NCBI GenBank assembly: GCA_049288625.1
Contig: JBAQIB010000033.1
Coordinates: 50,890 to 114,889, forward strand
Length of the DNA stretch: 64,000 nt
DNA from: Terriglobales bacterium
GTDB taxonomy: Bacteria; Acidobacteriota; Terriglobia; Terriglobales; Acidobacteriaceae
Direction of reading: 5' to 3'
In this document: positions 56,311 to 64,000 of the stretch, piece by piece
Numbering within the stretch: position 1 is the stretch's first letter
Layout: every line of letters starts with the position of its first letter
Program-made: the position numbers and the translations under genes
Notes under the pieces: generated by a model
What the model was told of the DNA's origin: nothing
The model's database searches: none
The model's input: only the letters and a program-made list of their open reading frames with translations

Positions 56311-56509
56311 AATTTCTTGCGCACTCACTTGGACATGATTGCAGCCTTTCGGCCCCATGGCCACAGACAAAATCTTCCGAGTTCATGTACATTTGTAGCC
56401 ACTGATTGAGACAGACGGCTGGCCCTCCGACCGATCAAACCGGGCAAGCCTCCCAGATCAGATTGATCGGGGAACGATACTGTTACCAGCACATTCCAAG
56501 AGACTAGCG

Positions 56510-58702
56510 ATGACGAAAAACTTCCTATTGGCAGCGGCCTTGTTGAGCCTGGCGTTCGCGACAGGTTGCGCCGTCGGCGGCAACGGACCTTGTGTTTCTA
56601 ACTGCGCGCTCATAACAGTGACCGGTGCCAGCGGTAACATTTCCCCTGTCAGTCAAGCGCCAATTGGCGGGACGATAACGTTCACGGCGACGTTCAAAAA
56701 CACGACCCAGAACTCCGTCAATTGGAGCCTAACGGGCAGTTCCTGCTCAGGATCGGACACCAGCAGTTCGAATCCTTGCGGATATTTCACGGCCACGACC
56801 GCAACCACCGCGAGTTACCAGGCGCCCTCCACGGTGCCGTCCAATACGAGCGTCACCGTCGTCGCGACCGCTTCGGGCGATAGCAGCCTTGACGGCACAA
56901 CCGACTTGACCATCGTTCATATCACCACTGCGGTAACGCCGGTCGCGCCAAATGTAGGCGCGGGCCTGACCCAGCAATTCACGGCGGTGGCCGCACCCGA
57001 TAACGCGCCCCAGACCTTCACTTGGACCTGTACTGCGGGCAGCGTCTCGTGCGCGAATTTCAAACAGGACAGCAAGATATCCGGCGTGGCTTACTACACG
57101 GCAGCGGACTGCGCCAGTGGTTGTACAGTCAAGATTTCCGCTGTCTCGGTCGCCGACCCGGCGGGTTGCGCGGCCGAAAAATGCACGACAGCGAAAGCCA
57201 CAATTGTCTCGTCGCGGCTCAGCGGCACCTATGCGTTCAAGTTCTCTGGCTACGACAGCAGCAACAAGCCCGTGATCGCCGCAGGCACTTTCACAGCAAC
57301 GAATGGCACTATCAACAACGGCGGTGTCGAAGACGTAGTGGACTCCAGTGGCTTTACACAACTTACGATTACTGGCGGTTCGTACCAACCCACATCGTCC
57401 GATACCGATAACTCGAACAACGCCGGCACGCTGACCATTAGCACCGGCTCCGGTACGACTCATTATCTGGCGGTGCTCGATTCGGCAGGCGACATCCAGT
57501 TCATCGAATCCGATGCCAACGGAAAAGGCTCGGGAGTTGCCGAAAAAGCGTCCGGCTCCTCAGTATTCAACAGCGCAGCTCAGTCGTATGCCTTCGGCCT
57601 CACGGGTGCCGACGCAAGCAGTGCGCGGATTGGCTTCGCCGGCGTCTTATCGCTGAACGGCAGCACGGGCATCTCCAGCGGTCAGATGGACGTCAACGAC
57701 AACGGCAATAGCAGCAACGGGATTTGTTCTTCGCCCTGCAGTGTTACGGGCAGCTATTCCTATAACGCGAGTACGAACGTAGGGACCCTCACGCTGACTG
57801 CTACCGCGAGCGAGGATTTCGATTTCTTCGCAGCGAACGGAAGTGCCAACACGAATAATCCCGTAAATGTCTACATCATCTCCAAAGGCAACACGGGTGG
57901 CACCATCGACGCAACGCACCCTGCGGTCGTAGGCACAATGGTGCTGCAGGATTCGACGATTACGACATACAACAACGCGGCCTTAAACGGCCCTTCAATT
58001 TCCGCACTGACCGGGACCAACAGCAACGTGTCGCTTACCAACGGCAACGCCGACGGCAACGGAGGCTTCGCGGGCACCTTCGACTGGAACAACGACGGAA
58101 CGATGGTTTCCGTGCCTCCTGAGGTAGGGACCTGCGCGACTCCCACCGTGTGCTCCTTTGCCAACACGTACGCAGCGTCCAGCCCCAACAACGGGCGATA
58201 CACCCTGCAAATGCTCGGAAATCCCAATGGGAGCCCGGCCGTCGCTGCGCTGCCGTTTGTCCTCTATGCCAACGGCGCGAACAGCGGGTTCCTGCTCGAG
58301 GCCGACTCGGCAACTAGCGTGATCACCGGAACGATGACAGCTCAGTCGGGCAGCGTGTTTGGGACATTCCAGCCCGCCGCCCTCGCTGGCACGTTTGCAG
58401 CCGCAACCGCCACTAGCAGTTCGCCCAGCATCGCGCCGCTCACCATGAATCTGCTGCTGACCTCACCGGGAAATGCGGTGTTTAATGTCACCGGAACTGA
58501 GAATCCTGGCGGCATAGCGATTACCGGCGGGGCTTACGGTGTGGACCTTACCGTATCGCCAACGCCGGCGCTTTCCACCACAACAGGTTCCGGCACATCC
58601 AACTACGTCCTGTACGATGTAGACGTATCGCATTTCTACTTGATGCGGGACGCGAGCAAAGATGCGGGAGTCCCCAGCGCGATTTTGTTTGTCGCGGAGT
58701 AG
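56510..58702 (+). CDS. large surface lipoprotein: two Ig-like domains plus four ~115-aa internal modules
   Basis: Lipobox LAFATGC. Two BIG2-like segments. Recurring G(T/S)Y.F...G...aG.f...G.i..G..D pattern. Thr/Ser/Gly/Asn-rich. Confidence 0.7.
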   Translation: MTKNFLLAAALLSLAFATGCAVGGNGPCVSNCALITVTGASGNISPVSQAPIGGTITFTATFKNTTQNSVNWSLTGSSCSGSDTSSSNPCGYFTATTATTASYQAPSTVPSNTSVTVVATASGDSSLDGTTDLTIVHITTAVTPVAPNVGAGLTQQFTAVAAPDNAPQTFTWTCTAGSVSCANFKQDSKISGVAYYTAADCASGCTVKISAVSVADPAGCAAEKCTTAKATIVSSRLSGTYAFKFSGYDSSNKPVIAAGTFTATNGTINNGGVEDVVDSSGFTQLTITGGSYQPTSSDTDNSNNAGTLTISTGSGTTHYLAVLDSAGDIQFIESDANGKGSGVAEKASGSSVFNSAAQSYAFGLTGADASSARIGFAGVLSLNGSTGISSGQMDVNDNGNSSNGICSSPCSVTGSYSYNASTNVGTLTLTATASEDFDFFAANGSANTNNPVNVYIISKGNTGGTIDATHPAVVGTMVLQDSTITTYNNAALNGPSISALTGTNSNVSLTNGNADGNGGFAGTFDWNNDGTMVSVPPEVGTCATPTVCSFANTYAASSPNNGRYTLQMLGNPNGSPAVAALPFVLYANGANSGFLLEADSATSVITGTMTAQSGSVFGTFQPAALAGTFAAATATSSSPSIAPLTMNLLLTSPGNAVFNVTGTENPGGIAITGGAYGVDLTVSPTPALSTTTGSGTSNYVLYDVDVSHFYLMRDASKDAGVPSAILFVAE

Positions 58703-58804
58703 CAGAAGGTAAATTACGTTCAAGAAGCCCTTGACTGTATAGGTGGCGTGAACTCTCTTCGGTCGCTCTCCATCCATTGAGGTAACGATCTCTTCGAGGC
58801 CCGC

Positions 58805-59248
58805 TCACTTCGCATCGGCTTTCCGCGAGCGTGTCTTCCCTGCTTTCAGCACTCCCAACAGCGCAGCCATGAGCGTGGGGCCGGCGGTTCGCAATTCCGC
58901 GCGATGATCGAGCGAAAGTCCACGGAGCAATTTCTCGCTCTTCGCGGTTAGGCTTAGCAGCACTTCGCGCCGGTCGTCGCTATCCCGTCCCCGGCGTACG
59001 TACCCGCCCTTGGCCAGGCGATTCGCCAGTTCTACCGTGCTGTGGTGGTGCAACTGCAGCCGCTGGGCCAGCGTGCCGATGCTCGCCCGCTCCCGGGTTG
59101 GCAATCCTTTGATCGCCAACAAAAGCTGATGCTGGCGCGGTTCAATTCCAGCCTTTCGCGCAGCCTCCTCGCTGAACCGCAGAAAACGGCGGATCTGATA
59201 GCGGAACTCCGCGAGCGACTGATAATCCGACAAGGTTAGCGTCTCCAT
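58805..59248 (-). CDS. MarR-family transcriptional regulator
   Basis: 147 aa from ATG 59248. Winged-helix region IGTLAQRLQLHHHSTVELANRLAKGGYVRRGRDSDDRREVLL. Confidence 0.88.
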   Translation of the reverse strand: METLTLSDYQSLAEFRYQIRRFLRFSEEAARKAGIEPRQHQLLLAIKGLPTRERASIGTLAQRLQLHHHSTVELANRLAKGGYVRRGRDSDDRREVLLSLTAKSEKLLRGLSLDHRAELRTAGPTLMAALLGVLKAGKTRSRKADAK

Positions 59249-59276
59249 GAAGCGGATTATAAGGAATCGCCGCTTC
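59249..59276 (-). promoter_or_regulatory. inverted repeat gaagcgg-N14-ccgcttc enclosing a TATAAT 7 nt upstream of the marR ATG
   Basis: Minus strand reads gaagcggcgattccTTATAATccgcttcATG. Confidence 0.35.
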
Positions 59277-59467
59277 GCGGTGCTGTGTCTTCTCCAACGG
59301 AGTCCCCGCCATGCGGATGCAATCCACGGAGGGGAAGAATACAGGTCACCTCCGCTCATGGTCCACCACCGGATAAAGCCGTTGTCGCTGACTCCGAGGT
59401 CCCCGGTACGCCCGTTCCGGGCCCGCTGAGGTGCAGGGTGTTAGGGTGGTCCTTCGGACTGTGGCTT

Positions 59468-60010
59468 CTAGCCCTCTTTGGCCACGGGCGCTAACTGGAA
59501 CGCGACTTCTCTCCAGTTGCCCCCCTCTTTTACGTACACGAAAGTCGCGCGATAGTTCCCGTTCACTGGCTTGCCCTGGATCGTCGCCTTGATCGAAGCC
59601 GTGGAATTCACGATCGCCGCGTCGCCGCCGTAGGTGTTGACCTTCACGTCGCGTTCGTCGATCGCTTCGTACTTGATGACGCCCGACTTGAAGCTCTCAA
59701 CCGTCTCCGCCTTCGTCCGCAAACGCCCATCGGCGCCCACTCCGAAGTACTGGTCGGCCAACTGCCTCTCAAAAAAGCCGGAATCGTCATGTAACGCCGC
59801 CTGCCAGCGGTCCCCGTGGAGAGCTTCAATTTGATCCTCGACTGCACCCTTATAGTTCTGCTCCACAAGAGTCATGCCATGGCCTGAAGTTGCTCCGCTT
59901 TCCGTCGTGCTGGCGGGTGGATTCTCGCCTTGGCCCCACGCGGGTAGCGTGCCAAGAAACAGGAGCCCACAAGCCAATATGTGAATTGTCCGACAGCCCC
60001 GAATCTTCAT
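59468..60010 (-). CDS. exported SnoaL/NTF2-like (DUF4440-like) protein
   Basis: Signal peptide, then the DQYFGVGADGRL...KYEAIDERDVKVNTYGGDAAIV...VYVKEGGNWREVAFQ pattern. Confidence 0.65.
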   Translation of the reverse strand: MKIRGCRTIHILACGLLFLGTLPAWGQGENPPASTTESGATSGHGMTLVEQNYKGAVEDQIEALHGDRWQAALHDDSGFFERQLADQYFGVGADGRLRTKAETVESFKSGVIKYEAIDERDVKVNTYGGDAAIVNSTASIKATIQGKPVNGNYRATFVYVKEGGNWREVAFQLAPVAKEG

Positions 60011-60042
60011 GGTTTTCCTCCTGACCGAAATCGTTTTGCCTC

Positions 60043-60059
60043 AAATCATATTATATCGT
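60043..60059. promoter_or_regulatory. 17-nt perfect palindrome ATATCGTA-A-TACGATAT (operator-like box 1)
   Basis: 33-49 nt upstream of the DUF4440-like start. Overlaps a minus-strand TATAAT. Confidence 0.5.
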
Positions 60060-60123
60060 AATACGATATTATTATGGAACGACATAAATATCATCGCGGT
60101 CTCAGCAGTGCCGGGCAGTCCCG

Positions 60124-61914
60124 CTAGCTAGGAGTGCGCTTTTGCCGACCCAATGCGAACACCAGATGCAACGGCAGAATCCGCTCGCGGCGCCGTTCGG
60201 CCTCCAGGGTTTGCACCCGGGCTTTCAGCAGATCATCGAGAGAGATCATCCCCACCAGAGTGTTGCAGCCATCTCGCTCCACCACCGGAAAGCGAGTGAG
60301 CCCCGTCTCCGCCATGCGATAGACAACCACCCGCAGCGGCTCGTCGGGATAGGCGACCTTCGCATCCTGCCGGATGACTTCTCGCAATCCTCCATTGGCA
60401 GATTGAACGAATCGCTGCAATTCATGGCGGGGAAGAACACCGATCAGCTTCCGGTCGCCGTCAACCACTGGATAAAGCCTCTGTCGGCGCAGGCTCTGCC
60501 CATCGTGCAGGGAGGCGGCCAGTTCGGCGACAGGCGTGTCTGCGGGTATGGCCGCCACATTCGGCCGCATCACCTCGCGTACAAACAAGATCTCCAGTGG
60601 ATCCACCGCATACTCGCGGCTTAAGTGAAACCCTCGCCGTGCCACCTTCTCCGTCAGGATGGATCGCCGCAGAGTCAGAACTGTGAACGCATGCGCCACA
60701 ACCGCCGCCACCAGCAGCGGAAGAATGACGTTCACATCGTGTGTCAGTTCAACCGCGAACACCACGCCGGTGAAGGGCGAACGCATCGTGCCTCCCAAGA
60801 TCGCGCCCATGGCAATCAGCGGCCAGAAGCCCAGCCCTTCGTTGGGGAGGAAGGAACTCAGCAATCCGCCCAGCGCCCCGCCCATCATCAGCAGCGGCGC
60901 CAGCACGCCGCCCGAGGTTCCCGACCCCAGCGACACCGCCCAGATGATCGACTTCACGAGCAGGATGCCGGCAATCGTTGTGAGCACCACGTTGCCTTGC
61001 AGCAGCGTGCCAATTGTGTCGTAGCCCACACCCAAAGCTTGCGGAAAAATCAGTCCGCCCACGCCGACCACAAGGCCACCGATGATCGGCCACCACATCC
61101 AGTGGAACGGCAGCTTAAGGAAGGCATCCTCCGCTGCATACACTGCCAGCGTCAACAGCGCCGACAGAGCGCCTGCCAGAATTCCCACCAGGACGCAGCC
61201 CAACAGTCCCGCAGGCCCGAGAAAGGCGGCATGAGCAGGCGTCGGAAATAGCGGCCCCATGCCGATGATGTAGCGTCGCGTAGCGGCCGCAGCAGCGCTG
61301 GCCATCGCGACCGGAATCAGACTGCGCGGCTTCCACTCGAACAGCAACAACTCCACCGACAGCAGAACTGCCGCCAGCGGCGAGGCGAACGTTGCCGACA
61401 TTCCTCCCGCCGCGCCCGCCACAAGCAAGGTTCGGCGCTCGGCGCTGGTCAGATGGAATAGCTGCGCGATCATCGAGCCGAACGCGCCGCCGGTCATGAT
61501 GATCGGCCCCTCGGCTCCAAATGGGCCGCCGGAGCCAATGGAAATGGCCGAGGAGATTGGCTTCAGCAGAGCGACTTTCGGTTCGATCTGCCCGCCCTTC
61601 AGCAGAATCGCTTCGATCGCTTCCGGAATGCCGTGACCGCGAATCCGCTCTGAACCGTAGCGGGCCATGAAGCCAATGACAAGCCCGCCAATCATAGGCA
61701 CGAAAACTTCCAGCCAGCCCAGGTGGTTGCCCGCAGGAGATACCAGCGCGGTTCCCCAGCGCTGAAAGAAGAAAAGGTTGGTGAAGATTCCTATCAGCCG
61801 AAGCAGCGCAAGCGCCACGAACGCGCTGAATATGCCGATGCCGGTCGCGAGCAATGTGATGGGAATAACATTCCACGTAGTGGTAAAGTCGCCCAGCTCT
61901 TGCGACGCATCCAT
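60124..61914 (-). CDS. ClC-family chloride channel / H+-Cl- antiporter with C-terminal CBS pair
   Basis: GSGGPFGAEGP and GIPE selectivity motifs. C-terminal CBS-like repeats. ATG 61914 preferred over the longer 62004 start. Confidence 0.92.
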   Translation of the reverse strand: MDASQELGDFTTTWNVIPITLLATGIGIFSAFVALALLRLIGIFTNLFFFQRWGTALVSPAGNHLGWLEVFVPMIGGLVIGFMARYGSERIRGHGIPEAIEAILLKGGQIEPKVALLKPISSAISIGSGGPFGAEGPIIMTGGAFGSMIAQLFHLTSAERRTLLVAGAAGGMSATFASPLAAVLLSVELLLFEWKPRSLIPVAMASAAAAATRRYIIGMGPLFPTPAHAAFLGPAGLLGCVLVGILAGALSALLTLAVYAAEDAFLKLPFHWMWWPIIGGLVVGVGGLIFPQALGVGYDTIGTLLQGNVVLTTIAGILLVKSIIWAVSLGSGTSGGVLAPLLMMGGALGGLLSSFLPNEGLGFWPLIAMGAILGGTMRSPFTGVVFAVELTHDVNVILPLLVAAVVAHAFTVLTLRRSILTEKVARRGFHLSREYAVDPLEILFVREVMRPNVAAIPADTPVAELAASLHDGQSLRRQRLYPVVDGDRKLIGVLPRHELQRFVQSANGGLREVIRQDAKVAYPDEPLRVVVYRMAETGLTRFPVVERDGCNTLVGMISLDDLLKARVQTLEAERRRERILPLHLVFALGRQKRTPS

Positions 61915-61958
61915 GGGCTTGTCACCGTTTTGCAGAAGTGCGGCCTCCGATCTATCAT

Positions 61959-61973
61959 ATATCGTATCACGAT
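61959..61973. promoter_or_regulatory. operator-like box 2 (ATATCGTA-T-CACGAT), imperfect copy of box 1
   Basis: 45-59 nt upstream of the ClC ATG 61914. Also shares the TCATAT block that lies upstream of box 1, offset by one nucleotide. Confidence 0.45.
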
Positions 61974-62027
61974 TCACTTGAATAAAAGCGGACTTGGCCG
62001 GCACCTTGTGAGACCTGCCAAGAAGGG

Positions 62028-64000
62028 CTATTTTCCGCGGATCAGCGTCCGCGCTGTGGCCAGGTTGTCAAAGCGGTCGTAGGCGCGGACGACCACGACA
62101 TGATCGGAGCCAGTCAGGTTCGCCACCGGAGGCGGGGCCGCTTCCGCTTCCGGCACGGTTACGCGAAAGTCATACTCTTCGCTCTTCGCATCCGACAACT
62201 GCCCCACCGGCTCAACAAACTGCCAGTCGGCTCCGTCGAGCGAGTACTCCGCACGTTTGATCACCGAAAATGAGTCGTGTGCCCGGAAGCGCACGCGGAT
62301 CTGCTTGCCATCGAGCCCCGTAGTCAGGTTCTCGATCACCGGCGGCGTGTTGTCCACTTCAAACCGCGGGGACACTTTTTGCGCGTAGAGAGCTTCGCCC
62401 GGGGAGTGCGAAGGCGCGTCCGATGCCACCACCATCACTGTATAGCCGCCATCGGGAAAAAGGCTGGAATCGGACGTATAGTAGCGGTCGCTCAGGTCGT
62501 CCTTCAGTAACAGCCAGCGCGATTCGCCATCGGCGCGGTAGTAGACGGAGTACACAAGCTGATCGTCGTTCTCATCGTGCGCCAGCCAGCGAATTCCAAT
62601 CGAGTCGTGGTCACGTATCGCGGGAGGTGGAGGTTCGAAGTGAGGTTGGCCTGCTGCTTGCGGCTCCGCGCCCGTCACGTGCGAAATCGGCTGGTAGCGG
62701 TAGCCCGGCTGCACCGTAATTTCATCGACCACGGGCGCAACGTTTTTCGGCAGGTAGTAGAGTAAAACGCTGTCCACGCGCGGCGCTGTGCCGCCCGCGT
62801 GAAGCACTGATTTCCATTGCACGAACCGTGCCGGCGGGATCTTCAACTCCGAGTTCGCAGACAGCTCGACGTGCTCCCACTTGCTCCAGTTGCGATCGGG
62901 GTTATCGACGTTGCCGCTGCGGGCATAGAGTTCCACATTGCCCACGCTGCGCAGGCTGCCGCGCCCCCATTGCGAAAATCCATGCGCGTCGAAGACGTCG
63001 CTTTCGTAGGAGCCTTCAGACTCAGGGCCGGGGCCGAGTTCGAAAATTTTCCCGAGATTGCTGCTCGAAGCGTAGAGGCCGCCGCCGGGCGCAACGGCAA
63101 AGGCTGTAATCTGCGAAGCGCTTGCTTTCACCAGGTCAGTGAAATCATCCACGCCATTGATGGCGAAAATGTGACCGCGATTGCCGGTTCCCGCCAGCAA
63201 CCGCCCGCGCTGATCGAACCCCAGGGCGTAGACCAGATCTTCATGCGAGCCCCACAAATGTTCGGGCGCCCCATCGGGCGTAATGCGGTAAATTTCCGAG
63301 CCCCCGGTCGCGCCCGCCCCGGGAGCGGGGAACGAAGCCGAGGATGCTGGCGTGGCCGGGCCGCCCGCAGTAATGCTGATTCCTCCCATTGAGACCGCGG
63401 GGCCAGATTGTGCAGGCGCAGCAATGCTGATGCCCAGCCCCCCTGATGATCCCGCTCCCGGATGTTTCTCGCCCGCTCCCGCCGCGTAGATATTGCCCGC
63501 ACCGTCGATTGCCAGCGCCGTAATTTCTTTTTTTGGCGCGCTGTAAAGAACGAATGCGTCGCCGTTGGGCGCAATGCGATAAATCAATCCGCTGCCGTCC
63601 GACCCGGCAATCAGATTTCCCTTCGGGTCGAGCGCCAGCACGCGAATGTGCACCTCGTCGCTCTTGAAGAACAGCGAATGCTGCCCATTGGTGTTGACCT
63701 TGAAGATTTCGCCGTGGTCGCCGGTCGCAACATAAAGGTCGCCGGCCGAGTCGAGCGCAAGGTCCCAAATGTACTTCGCACCGGGATCGAAATACACCGA
63801 GGCGCTCCATGAACTTTTCGACGGCGCATTGCCCGCAGATTCATTGGCTCCGCTTTTGGCCGCCTTGTTTGACGCAGACGCGCCCGACGCGGGCGTCCCT
63901 GGCGTGGCCGCGAGCCGATACACCTTGCCGTCCGGCGAAGTCGCCGCGTACACGACTCCGTTCTTGGCCGCGACCAGCGCCTGCACCTGCAATTCCTGCG
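62028..64000 (-). CDS. C-terminal ~655 aa of a large beta-propeller repeat protein (5' end outside the window)
   Basis: The frame stays open to the window edge. Recurring G.LY(V/A)A(T/G)...G.I(Y/F)(K/R)(I/V) blades. C-terminal Ig-like region. Confidence 0.6.
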   Translation of the reverse strand, partial: QELQVQALVAAKNGVVYAATSPDGKVYRLAATPGTPASGASASNKAAKSGANESAGNAPSKSSWSASVYFDPGAKYIWDLALDSAGDLYVATGDHGEIFKVNTNGQHSLFFKSDEVHIRVLALDPKGNLIAGSDGSGLIYRIAPNGDAFVLYSAPKKEITALAIDGAGNIYAAGAGEKHPGAGSSGGLGISIAAPAQSGPAVSMGGISITAGGPATPASSASFPAPGAGATGGSEIYRITPDGAPEHLWGSHEDLVYALGFDQRGRLLAGTGNRGHIFAINGVDDFTDLVKASASQITAFAVAPGGGLYASSSNLGKIFELGPGPESEGSYESDVFDAHGFSQWGRGSLRSVGNVELYARSGNVDNPDRNWSKWEHVELSANSELKIPPARFVQWKSVLHAGGTAPRVDSVLLYYLPKNVAPVVDEITVQPGYRYQPISHVTGAEPQAAGQPHFEPPPPAIRDHDSIGIRWLAHDENDDQLVYSVYYRADGESRWLLLKDDLSDRYYTSDSSLFPDGGYTVMVVASDAPSHSPGEALYAQKVSPRFEVDNTPPVIENLTTGLDGKQIRVRFRAHDSFSVIKRAEYSLDGADWQFVEPVGQLSDAKSEEYDFRVTVPEAEAAPPPVANLTGSDHVVVVRAYDRFDNLATARTLIRGK

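Overview
High-GC chromosomal segment (roughly 58-60 % by eye). Gene content and the dense hairpin repeats between genes suggest Acidobacteriota; that is an inference, not a search result. I support about 58 protein-coding genes, 2 tRNAs (Lys-CTT, Arg-TCG) and 3 decayed genes. I found no rRNA, CRISPR array, transposase, integrase or phage genes.

Most of the window is housekeeping: ubiX, alaS, recX, gatC/gatA, cysS, ychF, clpC, htpX, ccmF/ccmH and lolE/lolD-like genes.

Nothing here looks like a canonical defence or mobile island. The observations most worth a second look are:
- A translationally coupled module: exported protein, family-5 solute-binding protein, sensor kinase and sigma54 activator (13.2-19.2 kb).
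- Short 7-nt-period direct-repeat arrays at about ten gene boundaries, two of them as inverted array pairs.
- A two-hairpin element flanking ccmH in two copies with compensatory stem changes. One copy lies inside the apparent CcmH N-terminus.
- A repeat-like in-frame insertion of about 26 codons in gatA.
- A DUF2442-like gene with two in-frame stops, and a frameshifted, truncated L,D-transpeptidase.
- lolE and lolD separated by an esterase and a B12-binding radical SAM gene.
- A SET-domain gene coupled to a small ORF just upstream of gatCA.
- A shared AT-rich palindromic box upstream of a ClC channel gene and the neighbouring DUF4440-like/MarR unit.

All family names come from reading the translations for motifs. 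No database search was possible.
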